This document shows positions 35,796-50,400 of a DNA stretch of 64,000 bases, piece after piece (the stretch's first letter is position 1; every line of letters starts with the position of its first letter). Position numbers and translations under genes: made by a program. Under the pieces are notes generated by a model. The model searched no databases. It saw only the letters and a program-made list of their open reading frames with translations, and was not told the origin of the DNA. The DNA lies in NCBI GenBank assembly GCA_965153285.1, contig OZ229116.1. One strand, given 5' to 3'. The DNA is from Podarcis tiliguerta. Taxonomy: Eukaryota.

Positions 35796-38700
35796 TAGTT
35801 CAACATGAATTTGTGGAAATCAATTGTGTACACACTGTCTTAAAATTAAAGTAAATGGAAAACAGTGTAAAATAAGAATTAAATAATGGCTTCGTCTGCA
35901 TACCTATATCTGAAGTATTCAAGATATTCTGTCATTCTCCCCATTCAGCTTTAACATGATATGCAGATATTGTTCTTTTTTTATATAGAGAAGTGAGTTC
36001 CATTTTGAGAGATGTTGTGGTGAGGGTGTCCTTACAATTAGCCAGTTGAGGCACCCCCTTTTTTGCCTACTTTACACTGTTCTGTCTGGGAAGCATATCG
36101 GCTTGCTAATGTGATTGTTTGCATAAATTATTGTTGGCACAGCTGGTGGGAACAATGTGGGCAGGGAGGGACTACGGAACAGGACACTGAGAATATCTAA
36201 ATCAAGTACAACTATTATGAGTTACAGCCATCAAAGCAAGCTTTAAAAAAAGACAGGTTTTTGTTTGTTTTTTACATTTAACGAGTTAATGTATAGACAA
36301 CATAAATCTTAATAAACTATCCAGTGAAAATGGCATCATTTATTCCAAATATGGCATGGTAAAACCTACTTTATCTATCTTGTGCTAGGTTGATCTCTAT
36401 AGGTGAAAGCTGATACGGGTCCTCAATATGATAAAAAAAAGCTTTGAAAGTCACAAATTCTGGGGATATAATCAGACGAAGACACAATCTCCTCTTCTAT
36501 ATAGTCTATAGAAGTTCAAACAGCCTATGCATTGAGAAATAGTTTAGCGGGACCTGTACCTTCTTACTACAAAAAGAGCCCTGTGTGGAGCCCAGCTATT
36601 AAGCAATGTCTTGCAGAGTTGAAGAGAGGAGTTTTGCAGGAGAAACTAGTTGTTTTAGCTGCTACTGGCTGCAAAATACGATTTATTTTCCAAGGGCAGC
36701 TGCTTTGTAGCTCTGCAGGAATCATAATAGCCGATATCTAAGTCACCTTAAATAATGAAGGTAACGCTGGAAGGAGCTGGTGCCAGAAGGAAGCAATAAA
36801 ACAATGTAGGAATAAACAGCAGTTGGCAACGAGTCTAAGATTGGCCTTTTGCTTCTTCCCCCTTGGTGCCATCAGCAAGCTAATGCTCTGAACCAGCAAC
36901 TTTTTGTGCAGGAGAAAAGAAGACCACAAGAGTGGGTGGTACAACCTGCAGTTTTCTGCTATTTCCTAGCCCTCTTGAAAATATCTGTATGGTTGATAGC
37001 TAGGGCTAAAGGTCTCCTTTTATTTGCTGAAAAAAATATAGATGAGTATTACAGATACAGATGAGTAGTGCAATGGGTCAACTGGCTTGGGAGAGTTAGA
37101 GGAGGATGACTGTGTCAGGCAGACCCCACTATTAAATGTGGGAAGAGGGAGGGACACCTGGCTTTGAAGCAGCTGTTCGCTATGAAGCTATTTTATTTGT
37201 ATCTGTTTTATTTGCTGTGGCCTGTATTGTATTAACTGGGTTTAGCTAGCCAGGTTTACAATAGAGAGATGTGACACAAGTCATTCAACAAAACAACATG
37301 TTCTTCATAAGGCAACAAAATGTTCTCAGCTCGCTTGTTTACAGAAGACAGAGCTTCAGGCTGCTCTTAATTTTGGCTCTTAGTCCTAAAACCATAGTAC
37401 ATTGTCAACGACAGAGGACAGCCTATCCCTCGCACACACCAATTATCAGCTCCCAGAACCTCCCTCTTTCAGTATTTTGGCTGCCCTTTCATCTCCAACA
37501 CAGTTGTCCTCTGTATTGTAAGTCATCCTCCTCATCACTTGCCTCTTCGGTGGTCTCTGCAGCTTATAAAGAGGAAGTAGCTTTCCTGCTTGCTCTGTGC
37601 CTCTGTTTTCTGAACCCCACTCCTCAAAGGTCCACCTGGGCTTCATTCCGCCAGCTGGGAGCCAAGCTGTCTCATTGTCTTTCCCAGACTAACCACAGAT
37701 CATCCTCATCCTCATGAAACAACAAAGAGTTGTCTACTCAAAGGTAGGCCCAAATGAATTTGATAGGATTTGTTCATGGTGAGAATATAGGATAACAACC
37801 ATGCTAATAGAGCAACTACTACTTCTTTGGATAAACTTAGCCTGTGATAAGGTACCATGCATGCATGAACACCGAACTGAATCGTCATAGTTGCTGTGGG
37901 TTGGATTATCTGAGGTATAGAATAGGATAGCACTATACTGAAAACTGAACTAGTTGAAGGCAGAAACAGTCTAATGATTAAAAGAAAATTACTTTTTTGT
38001 GTTTGTCCAACAGATAGCTATCCTTTCTGAAGAAACTGTTTGCTGTTCTAAATTCACAGGCTTTTCAGAAAATGCACCCACTGAGTGTTTCCATGCATCG
38101 AATTTTTTTAAAAAAGAATGTTTAAAAGTCTTTTAAATTTCGCTCACCCTCCCCCTTTTTTTTGAAACACGCACACACTTTCCCAGCAAGAACTGTACTG
38201 TATTGTGTTCTCAGTGGAATATAATAGTGCCTTTTCTCACTTCCAGTGGCATTTAGGCTGAGATTTGAGACAGCACAAGGGCCTGTTGCCTTTAAAAGTC
38301 CTTAGGCCCCAAAGACACCACATCAAGCTATCAAATCTGACGAAGAATCGTCCTGGGTGGCTGTGCAGTAAGTTCAAATAACCAGCTGCTTCTCTATCTC
38401 TATCTTTCCATGTCCACATCTAGATATCTATATAAAAGATGCTCAGATATAATCATGACAAGTTGTCAGCCCAATTCTGCATGAATCAGCAGCCCACTAT
38501 TGCCACCCCAGACAAATATTCAGGTACCTTCTTTCATTCCCTCCCTCAGGGCTCAAATAAAAGCTGATATTCTCTGTCGCAGTTCTGTGTCCTAAACAGC
38601 AAAAGGCCCAAGAGAAAAGCCAAGTACTGCATGCTAATATGCTGAGAATGGCAAACTAATTCACTCTTAACAAAACAAAACAGACATATAAAATATCAGG

Positions 38701-41700
38701 GAGGAAATTTATCTAAACTGAATCCCAAGATCATTCACTGGTATATAATTAAGTTAATTTATGGTCAGGGCACGTCAGGTGTAGGGCCTGATTAATTTAC
38801 TCTATCATCTATTCTACTCCACACACAGCCTCATAATATGTAATTACCTCTCCACCAAGGATGCTGTAATAAAAGCAATGCTGCTGCTAAGGAACGACTC
38901 TTGTGTGGTGGGAAAAAAAGAGGCAAAGCCTCAAAATGATGCTTGACATGAAGAAATTTATTAAACAATACAATCTATCCAACCCTAAGTGACATAGAAG
39001 AAAATGATATATACTAGAACACAATGGACTTACTGCATCCTTTAATAAACTAATCCCCCCTGAGCATCATTTTGAAGTGATGCCTATATTTTAATTTTGT
39101 CTTCATCCTTGCTCCTGCCCCTTCCCTTTCTTTCTCCAAGATGGTGGGAAACTACTTGACTCTGGCCAATTAGATCGTTTTTATGTATTGGAATTTTACA
39201 GATGCACAGCTAAGTCGGTTGAAGCAAAAAGCAGCAGAGGGGTTTGTGACAACTTGTTAACCTTAAAGGCGCCACAATATTATTTGGCGAAACAGTATGT
39301 TATGCTTAAGGCGCAGCATGCAGCTCCATCTCCTGATTTTATTTAATTAATTGGGGGTGTGATTATTATCCATAGAGCAGCACACATGTTGGTTTATCCT
39401 TTCCTATCCAGCTGTAATTGGAATGAAAATCACCCCCTTTGCTGTGCAGCTAGGAAGCTCAGGAAAAGATGGCTTCTAAGTCAAAATATTCCCTCTGCAG
39501 AGTTCCATTCAGGTGATATTCCTGCAGTCTAAGGTGGCAACAGAAGTGACCAGGGTCAATTCACTTCCCCCTGCAACCTCCCGTGACACTTTCCCATTGT
39601 TCTGGAGGGACAGGGACCCTCTTGAATAGTGTGTGAGGTGACAATGAGGACTGAGAGGAAATCAGCAAAGTCAACTCTCCCCATCAGTGGGATCTCTCTG
39701 CTGGACCAAATGTCTCCTTTTGCTGGCTTGAAAGGAGCGTTGCCAAGGCAAGGTCTGGATTAAGCTGAATATAAATCATCCTTACATTAGGGCACTAATC
39801 AATTATCCCCAACTGAATGGGAATTGCAACCTGAGATGCACTCTTGAGCAGTGTCTTGAGAACTATGTAGTCATGAACACACACTGATGTGAATAAACAT
39901 TTTTCAACTGTACGCGCTGCATAGTTTTCTAGATATTGTTCACCAGAAACCTTTTGCTCTTATGAATAAGTCAGTCAACTGAAATATATACTAAACTTAA
40001 GTTTTGAAGCTAATTCATATATTGTTTAAGGCAACTTACTATGGCTGCTCCCCGAAAATAAGTGGAAGGAAATATTGTAATGCCCTCCAGGCCCCCACAA
40101 GAAATGTCGCACATGTCAGAAAAGCACTACTTTTAGTTTTGTTTTGAATCAGGTTCACAAAAGCCAGTTATTTGTGACCATACCTGCCTTCCACTGTACC
40201 TATCAGATTTGTCCAGTTTATGGAACACCCACATAATATGAGGTGAGTGGGAAAATTGGGACATGTTCTGCTCCCTAGGAATATGGACTTAAAAAGTAGT
40301 ATCTCAGACACGGAATATGAAGGTTACAGCTGGCGTGGAAGTGCCCAATGTCTGTTAGTGTAGAAGCTCTTTTCAAAATACTACTATGCTGTTTACTTCA
40401 AAATCCAACCAAGTCTAGCAACGCTGTTAATGAAAACAACAGGTTTGATCTAGATTAGGTTAGTCTCACTGAAATCAACAAGATAAGTTAATCATCATAA
40501 ACTTAAGTCCTGTTGCTTTCACTGGGGCTAAAGTGTGCCTAACTTAGTCTGGATCCAACTTGTTCTTGTTAATGTGAATATATTCATGAAAATGCTTTTT
40601 TTAATTAAAAGTTATTGAGAGGAAGGGTGCATAATACCTAGCTGTATAAATATTGAATGGAACAACTAAAAACAAACCTCACTTTATTTAGAATGTTAAC
40701 AACAGATGGCTGGTATTCATGTGTAAATTCTGCATTATATTTCATTTAGTGCAGTCAAATATTACAGCTTGAGAGGAAGGGCAATAATGTATTATGTGTT
40801 AATTAATACTATAACAGCTGGCTATTTCTCTATGGGTGTCAGAAGATTCTGCTATTATGCAACATTCTCCTTCGAGAATTGGCAAAAAATGATATGGGGG
40901 CTCCTAGAATATATTAACTTTAAATAATAGCTTGATATAAATTACACTGTGTAACGAATTTAGGAACTGTGACTTCTATTCCTGGACATTAGAAGAATCT
41001 TTTTGATTTCAACTGCTTTTAGGGGCTTAAAAGGTACCTTTACATTGAGGAGCCAATTATGTTTGCAGATTATTTTGTCCATGCCTTTGAACTCAAACGC
41101 AACAACAACGCCATATGTACCTCAGGATGCACATATGAAAATGCAGTTAACTTTTATTGAAACAATGGGACATTAAAATGTATCAGTGGCCCCAAGTAAA
41201 GAACATGTAAACTTTTTTCTCCAGTTGCCTATGACATGTATATGTAAAGCTAATCATATTCCATTCTCCCATTCCATTCCAGACTGCTCTCAGCCTACCA
41301 TTTGGCAAGATAATAAGTTTCTGAGTTTGTTTTCTGTCTGCTCTGAGTGTAATTTTAATTCTATATATAGCACAGGTTAAGATTAATACAGATACAAATG
41401 AAAGGCTGACAAATTAAAGGAAGTAATTAATATAAACAGACTTTGTTGTTAGTGGGAGAATACAAGTGTGTTGCTGAAATGCTTATTTAACATGTCCCCC
41501 ACCCATTATAATCCGTTTGAGCTACAATAATCTTTATACTGGACTGATGCATCCTTCCAAATATATGAGCCAAATATCAGATCCTATGGGAACTGGATCT
41601 GATGGAAGAGTCACTAAAAGGGCAAGAATCTGCATTTCTTCTCTTTTCTAACCAAACACATTATCCCTTTCTCTTTCTCATGAACATGTGCACACATATA

Positions 41701-42803
41701 TTTCTGAGGATAGTGGGAAGTGAGAGGAAATATATGCTCTCCAAAGTTTTACTCCACCTTCCCCTCAACCTACATGTGCCACCCCTGGTAGCACACCACC
41801 CCAGTTACTCCATGGAGCTTGTTGGCGCGACTACTAAGAAACCACTCAAGCCATGGCATGTCATCAAATAGTGTGTCTGGCAAACAGAATGCTTGACAAA
41901 CCCTTAGCCCTCTCACATTGGGCATTAGCACATTTAACAAAGAGGAGCTTGGACAGGAAAGGGGAGCAATTTCCAGCAGGGAAAATAGTGTGGAGAAAGG
42001 ATTAAGCTCCATACCCCTGAGTCATGGTCCTGCCCAGGATCTACCTCTTCTCCGATGGCTGCTTTTTCAAAGTATGTGCAGGGAGACAAACTACACAAAA
42101 CACTGGAGAGCCAAGAGATCTATACATTTAAGCAAGCAACAGCTGTAGGAAAGACATACAGTACTTCAGCTCAGAACCATAGTGCTGAGAGGCAAGGAAT
42201 TAATATTTTTGTCCAGTGTTATTTTGCCAAGTGAAACGAGGAGCCTACTATTGCTCCATTGAGGAAAATGGATGTGTACACAGTTCTACAATATTTCAGA
42301 GAGCCATTTTTCTGAGTGTTACTTACTACTTGGGATTCATTCATGGGAAATGAACCTGGGACTGCATACATATGTTGTGACCACTGAATTACAAGCCATT
42401 TGAAATAAATAATGAAAGGTGTCCCCATATGAGACAAAAACTAGAAGAGCAATCACTTTAAACAACATTCTTTTATTGCCCTTTGGAATGCATTCATTGG
42501 CTGATCCTCAGCCATATCCCTTTAAGCCCTGCACAGCAATGAAAGAGGTGGCTGTTATTAATTTTTAAGCCTTCCTGCCAGGTTTCAGACCAATAACTTC
42601 CGTGAACTGAATAAGGCAAGGATATTTCATTAAGGAAAGTCTTAAAGGCCAGTGCCCATGGGGCCCCTTCTTCACTAGACATTTAAAGTATCATCACACA
42701 TCATGGCTTCCCCCGAAGAATCATGGCAGATGTAGTTTGTTAAGGGTACTGAGAGATGGTAGGAGACCCTCATTCCCCTCACAGAGCTACCATTTGCAGA
42801 GTG

Positions 42804-43170
42804 GAATTATGGTGCTGGAGGAGACTCTTGAGAGTCCCATGGACTGCAAGAAGATCAAACCTATCCATTCTGAAGGAAATCAGCCCTGAGTGCTCACTGG
42901 AAGGACAGATCGTGAAGCTGAGGCTCCAATACTTTGGCCGCCTCATGAGAAGAGAAAACTCCCTGGAAAAGACCCTGATGTTGGGAAAGATTGAGGGCAC
43001 AAGGAGAAGGGGACGACAGAGGACAAGATGGTCGGACAGTGTTCTCAAAGCTACCAACATGAGTTTGAACAAACTGTGGGCGGCAGTGTAAGGCAGGAGT
43101 GCCTGGTGTGCTCTGGTCCATGGGGTCATGAAGAGTCGGACATGACTAAATGACTAAACAACAACAACAA
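42804..43170 (+). mobile_element. Bov-B (RTE) LINE 3' fragment, nested in an older palindromic DNA element (~42680-43310)
   Basis: ELWCWRRLLRVPWTARRSNLSILKEI... peptide; (CAA)n tail. Confidence 0.93.
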
Positions 43171-44357
43171 ATAAAAATCAACCCCTCTTCCCTGGGATCT
43201 CTGGAAACTGGAGCTCTGCCAGGGCACCCTTTACAAACCACAATCCTCAGGATCCTTTGGGGCAAGTCATGACTGTTTCAAGTGCTATAATTGTGTTTTC
43301 AACATTTAGCGAAAATGGGGTCTTGGCTGACAATGCTGGAATTAAGTTGTAAAACTATACAATTTTGATGGTTTCCAAAGCTGTGTATCTCTTATATTTA
43401 GAGTAAAATCCAGCTGTTATAGATCCTTATGCAGCACAGAGACAAAAGACAGACTACGAGCCAAAAATCATCCATTCCCAAGGATCATGCTGACCCAGAA
43501 GACAGTCAGAACAGTGATAAACGTGGTAAGGATGTCAGAGCATTCATTTCAAAGAATTGGTACAGTCATGAGGAAATTGGATCTTTAGGGATGCTAGAAT
43601 TGTTTTCCATTCCTTCATATTATGCTCACTGTGGAATCATCTGTCATACGCTCCAACTTTTCAGGAACGAGAAAAATGTGCCTCAAAAACTGCAGGTCAA
43701 AGTGGGAAGGAAGATAGAGGGGGATAAGTGGATGGCTGGGAGGTGGGGATTCAGACATCCATATAAACACGTAGAAAGGACACATAATGGTAATTGCAGG
43801 GTCACATTGGCTAGTTCTTGCCTGCCCCCTGCAATGCACAGTGCAGCCACATATCCTGACATCTGTGCAATCACCAAGAGTCAAGAGCTTCTATGCACCG
43901 GATGCTGGCTGAATGTGTAGGCAGTGGGGCTGCGGCCACATAGTGGTGGGGTGGAGCTGGTGCATGAAAGCCCCTCACATATTCTTTCAATGTGTGGGGT
44001 GCTCTCTGGATCCCGCACACGCCAGAATCATATTGCATTACAAGAAATTGCCACTGCAATGGAAAACATAGCTTTCCCAATATCACTGATAAACACCGTT
44101 AACCAAGTTGGCATGCCAAGTATCAATGAAACTGTAGGCACATTTCAGGAAAACGTTGGTTGTGTAAGCCTTTGCAAAGCACATGCACACTTCCTGCAGA
44201 AAAAGGACTGATTTAGGACAAAGCTACCGGTGATCAATGAAAGGATGCCTTTTGCAAATTTAAGCCACCAGTTCTGAGCAGTTGGCTGTAGCGTAATACT
44301 AAATCTCACCCCAGCATTGTGGCTCCAGTGATGGGTAGGTGTGTATTCAGTACTTAC

Positions 44358-44418
44358 AGCTGTCCTCTTCCTCCATGAAAATGCTGATCACGTAACAGGC
44401 ATAAACAAAGCCAATCAA
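44358..44418 (-). CDS. NKAIN3: NKAIN3 internal exon (LIGFVYACYVISIFMEEEDS), equivalent to exon 5
   Basis: 61-nt exon, ttttcccacag acceptor, gtaagt donor. Peptide matches the NKAIN family last TM segment (LVGFVYACYVISI..EEED). Convergent to GGH as in other vertebrates. Confidence 0.92.
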
Positions 44419-47400
44419 CTGTGGGAAAACAAAAGGAGAAAACCCATTAGTTGTAACTTATGCAGCAGTGCTAAGGCTGCAGTACAATATCATTTACTTT
44501 CATTTTCTTAATTTATTATTATTATTTACTTTTAAAAAATGCATTGCTAGAACAGTCCCGAATTCAAACATGCAGGCACTTTCAAGAACAACACCAGTTT
44601 TTAAAAATAAATGTTTTGGCCTGAGAATGCCGCACACACTAAAAGCCCATTGAAATTAGTGGCATTTAAGAGCATTGGTGATTAAGCCTCATTTGTTTTC
44701 ATGGGATGCAGGCACAGTGAATTCTCAAGTTTGCCAGCACTGTTTTTGACTGGTGTTTGATTTGGAATCTAGGGCAAAACTTTCTGTGAACTATAACTTT
44801 TCTTTTTCTAGTCCTCATGGCTGCGGTGGGTGGGTGGATTCAAACATCTGCAGCCAGTATCTTCAGAAAGGAATGGAAAGCAAAACCAACTTGAGAGGTA
44901 CTTGACCTCAATAAGTGTTTAGCATTGTTTCAAAACTGTCTGCTACATGCAGGTATTATATAACAGATTTCAAACACTCATTGTTTCAGGCATTTAACTT
45001 AGTTGCAAATGCCATGTTCTGATGTGATTCATAAGCTCCGGAAAATTCTTACTGATGGATTTTGGAAACTATCTCAAATACTTTCAGAATCCTAAGGGAT
45101 GAACCAGACACATTGTGACAATATTTTGAATAAGGCGGTATTCTAAAAACTCACTTAACCTTATACCACTGTCATATGTGCTTCAGGACAAGAGCTTAGG
45201 GAATCTAGTTGTTTGTCTTCCAACAATGACAAAATGTTTCCTTAGCTGCAGCCAAGAAAAGAAGCCTTGTCTCTGGGCAAACAATACTTGTTAGAAGAGA
45301 GTGCCCCAGATATGTGATAAAAAAATCCAAAGGCAGAACAGCTCTCAGAGTGTTCTCACGGAGTGCTAATCTTGGGTTGTAGGAGACTAATAGCGAAATC
45401 CTAACAATTTCTAATCAGAAGGAAGTCCTACTGAATTCAGTGGGGCTTATACCTAGGCATGTAAGGGTGGGGATTGTAGCCTAAGTCATATTCAGGGAGG
45501 GCCCACTGAAACCAATGGACTTAAGTGTGAATTTAAATTCATTGACCTCAATGGATCTACTCAAGAGTTTGACTTGTTTTTATTTATAATATTTCAAAAA
45601 TCTCTATGTAGTGTACGGTCTAAAAAGCAAACAAACAATAAATCATTTAAACAAGAACAAAACTACAACCTATAACAAAAAGTAAAAGAAAAACAGTAGT
45701 AGTAGTAGTAGCAAAAATTGTATACTGCTCTATACTCACAGATTTCAGGGCACTACACAGGATAAAATCATATGCAGGCAAATATAACAGACAATCTGAG
45801 GATTCAAACATATTATACAAATCTCTTTCTACATAGCAATGCCAAGATTTGTCCGAACAAATATATTTTCCCTAAAATAATACTGTTCTCAGCTTGAAGG
45901 ACAATGAGTCAGTTCAAGAAAGCATTAAGCACTTAGTGCCCTGAGTAATTTCATATACTCTGGGCAGGGGACATGAAGGTTTGGTATGCTTTATGCTACT
46001 AAATAATTACTTAGACCTGTTTGATAAAGGGATCATTGAACTGTGTTTTCTCTTTGCATGTTGATCTTGGCCTACAAAAATTCCTAAACAAAAGTGATTC
46101 AACATTTGTAGTTGTAGCTGTCAGTTGCAGATGTTATTGACGTGACATGGAACATCGACCTTGCAAAAGTTCTATACTTAGATTTCATCTTCTGAATTGG
46201 CCATTTAAGTGCTGTCCTTTCCCTACTTCCACCATGGACTCCAATTCCCAACTTACCAGAAATGGAGAGAGAGAGAAACCCTGAACACTTTCCTTATAAA
46301 CAGAGTTTATGTCCACTAATACTTAGTTGAAGAAATCAGACACACCAGTAATTAGATGGGTGACTGATATTTGAGCAAGTTGTGCACACTGAATGACTTC
46401 CCTACCCAATGGCAAATGTTAAATCCTGCAAATGTAGATATTAAAGGGGGTGGGGTGGGGGAGTCCACAGCTTGAATGTTATTAGAAGGAAATTCATTAA
46501 GATATTCCCTTTTGCTTTATTAATGGCAATAAAATATTTATTCCTACAAATTACTTTTGGTATCTTGATTAACCCAACTGATGCTTGATTAATACGGCTG
46601 CACTCACAAAAGCCCATCTAACTGTTAGGTTAATCACCAATTTGCAGTGGGCCAATTGGTGTGCACTGCTTGGTTTATCGATGTGTTAATGAAAATAGCC
46701 TTCCTTGGCAATTTGCCCAGCCTCAATTGGAAGAATGTAACTTGTATTCACTGATAACAAAAGAGAATGTGATGCACCCAATTATTCACAGATAAGTTTG
46801 AGATCATCTTGGGGTGGAATAAAGTTTAACTGCAGTGACTAAAATCGTAAAGTTTTAAGAAATGTGATTGAGTCTTAACCATTAAAAATAGGCTCCCGCC
46901 TCTTCCTGAACATTATCTTCTATTCCACCCACTCCTGATGATAGACCCCAAATATCCCCAAACCCACCATTTGCTTGATTTAGAACTATGGTGAATTAAC
47001 ACAAACAATATCTTGTAGCTCAGAGATATCCATTTCTTGGGGGTAGCCCTTCAGACGCTATTGAACGGCAACTCTCATCAGCCCTAGGCAGCACAGACAA
47101 CAGTATGGGATGGTAAAAGTTGTAGTCCAACATTGGGAGGGAACCATATTGGCTACCCCTCGACACCATTTACCCACATAAAATGCTCATTGTTTCCTAT
47201 CGTGGGCCACAATCTCTATGACACACTCTTGCAGCACCACATCTAAGAAGAAGCAGACACATACTCTGTGCTCCTCTAATTCTGTTTCTGGAAGCTGATC
47301 CTCCCCCCCTCCTCCACACATGCACACACACTTGCCTCTTCCAGGTGAATGACTCCTAATTCAGTCTCCTCTCACATGAAGTTTATTGGGATGTATAGGG

Positions 47401-50400
47401 CAAAGCTCAATCCTCTTGAGAAAATCTCTCTCTCTCTCAAAGTACCCATATAAATGTGTTCATTAGTGCTGGTGTTTCTTCATTCTGCAGCTCAGAAGCA
47501 CTCACCAGACTTCAGTAAGATCCTGGATTTTATATATCACACTGTAAAATAATTTGATGCAGAACTTACGCAGCTGAGAACTGCCTTACATGATACTTTT
47601 TGAAGGCACAGAGATGGACAGAGATGTTTTAAGGTGCAAAGGGACTTTGGAAAGGAGAGCATGTGTGCTTTTTTTCTCTACTTAGGCACCAAGGCTGCAT
47701 TCCAAAGGTGGGTGGGCAAAATCTAAATGTGATTTAAGCATCTCACCCTACACCCTGCAGGGCTAAAATTGACAGGGCAGCAGTGAGGGCAGAGGAACTC
47801 TCTATGGTCCTCCATCAACTTCTGGGTTATTCTTTTTAAAAATGTATCGGTATACATTCCACTAGAGGCAATGAGAAGGAGAAATCTGGACATTCCTGAG
47901 TGTGTCTAAATTTCTTCCCAATGTGGGAGTTGATCAAGGTACTGGGATGACTGTGGATCCAAGCAGGTTCTTGGTCCTCTGCTAGCATGCCCCTGATAAG
48001 CCATCTTTGTGGCCCAACTGATGTTAGAGTCCCAGTGTTGGCTGGGACAGGGAATCAGGATTCAGGATCAGCAGAGAGGGGTGGATGATGGAACCAACAC
48101 TCAACTTTCCTTGACAGTACTGGAGTTCTGTCCTTGATGCTGGAGAGGGAATCCAATCTGTCGGATGTTCCTTGGGATGCCCTATCGTGGACCACAGGAC
48201 TGCAGTTGAAGTGCTCTGTGAACAGTTTTCAGATTACTCCCCCTCCAAATGTCAGAGGTGGATTTAGGACAGTGCAACCAGTTCTGCTGCACTGGACACC
48301 AAAACTAGGGGCACTGCAGGGCGTCACAACTATGACGTAGTGAATTGAGCAGAATGGAAGGCGAGAGGCTGGGGTGTGTGTACTAAATGTTGACCTTACA
48401 TAGGGACCCACTGAAATTTGAAAGACCAAAGTCTTCCCCTGAAAATGTACACCTTTTCTAGAATATAAACAGATCGGCCATTCTACCCATCAAGGGTGAC
48501 AACTTGAAAAAAAATGGGGGAGACAAGTAAGCTCCACCCCACATAATCAATCCCATGATGCAGCACACAAAAACCATTTGAATGCCAATGCCCATCAACT
48601 TGGGGGGAGGCTGACCCCCTCAAATATTTTATTGGGGCCCCTGAAGGGCCCTCGGCCCCTAGGAGTTGGTTCCTATGGTCCCCATGCTCTTTCTGCAGAA
48701 ATTTTTAAGCATGGGATTTCACACATCTTTAAAATATGAATACTTTTGTAGTGGCATCTTGCTTGAGGTGTGATGTGCTAACATTTGCAAACTATGTTAA
48801 GTTCCACCACCTATTTTGCACTGTTTAATAAGAGTAAAATGTTAACTCTACATGTGCTTCCAAGCAATACTTATCATTTTCTGAAATCTATAACCAGGCC
48901 TTTAGTATCAATCAACATTACCAGGGCAGCTTACAACAACACAGGGAAGGGGAGGGCTGTAACCTCTGAGGGTTTTGTTTCTTTCTTTCTTTGTTTTTTA
49001 CAATCAAGCAGTGTACAAATTTTGTTAAACAAATTAATTAATAAATATTGATAATAAAAATACAGTGGGTTAGATCTAGAGAAAAGTGCATAGCTAGGAG
49101 CTGGTAGAAGATGACTTACCTCCCCCTCCTCTCCTAATAACCATCAATACAGCCTCTCTGGGGGCTCAGAGACCTTTGCTGAATGAGGGAGATGCCCTAT
49201 AATTGGGTATAAGCAACATCTGCAACAGTCTCTCTCCAAATAATTTTATTATATCTTTTGAAACACAATAATAACTATTCAGAATCCTGCAGATCCTGTG
49301 TGAGTTTCTAATTTTTCTATATATATATTTAATGTTGAGCACTGTTCAGAATTCTGCTGTACATACCAGTGGAGAAGCACCAATAATGTAGTACTGATTA
49401 ACATAATTTTGGAACATGGTATATTTTTTACATATTATGTAGAAGATCTTTTTATGATCATTCCTAATATCTGTCTTTCTTCTGTAGCACATTGTCCTCT
49501 GAACTTATCATTTAGTTAGTGCCTGAAAGTATGCTAAGCTAAAAGACTCAAGTTAGAAAGAACTTAAAGGTTTCTAACAAGATAACTGGAATTTGAGATT
49601 AGAAGACGGTGAGCCATATTTCATGGTCTAGTTGATACAACCCATCATTGCCTCCAGCTCTTTAACAGACACATTGATTCTTAATACGATGGGTTTGCTA
49701 CTCTGTCTAGGGATGTCATGTTGACCCAATTAACTTAATGAACTTTCTCTAGTGGGGGAGGCAGATAGCTGCCTCTTACTGGTAAAAAAAGGCAGGGTGT
49801 GAATGCTCTGAGTTTATGCTATAATTTCCTAGCTTATACTTTCATGTTTGCCATATTTAGATGGAATAGAAGCCAAAGAATGAGTCCAAAATCTTTACAC
49901 AAACCCTAAACAACTGCAAAGTTTCTAGGCCCTCTGTGCCTCCTTAACATTTGCTGCAGTAGCAACTGATGCCACAGCTGGTGGAAGTCTCTCTCTAGGC
50001 ATATTTTAAAGGTACAATAGTATTACATGGCTCCAGAATCAAGATTAGCAACCCCGTATTCCCTTGGCTGACTGACAGACAGCTGACTCACGCACACCAA
50101 ATGAGTTTTATTATATTCACTCTTTTACAATATATCCTTCATCTTGCTTATTGCCTCATTGCCTGATCTCATATGCTGACCAAAGCCTTGTCCCCAAAAA
50201 ACTTATTTTCTATGTGAAAGAAATATTCTGTATGGAGGAGCAATCACTCCTGAGATCTCCTAAGAATGACCATACTGGATCCGAACAAAGTCTTATATAA
50301 CAGCACACAGAACATACAAAGCTGCTCTATTCTGAATCAGATCTTTTGTCCATCTAGATCAGTACCCAGTGATTGGCTGTGGCTCTCCAGTATTTGATAA

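Noticed and set aside
37200-37725. Possible solo LTR (similar candidates at ~11470-11800 and ~22250-22990)
   Set aside because: LTR-like composition, but I could not define TG..CA ends with a matching TSD.
43429-43920. 163-aa ORF
   Set aside because: No motif or splice support; antisense within an NKAIN3 intron.
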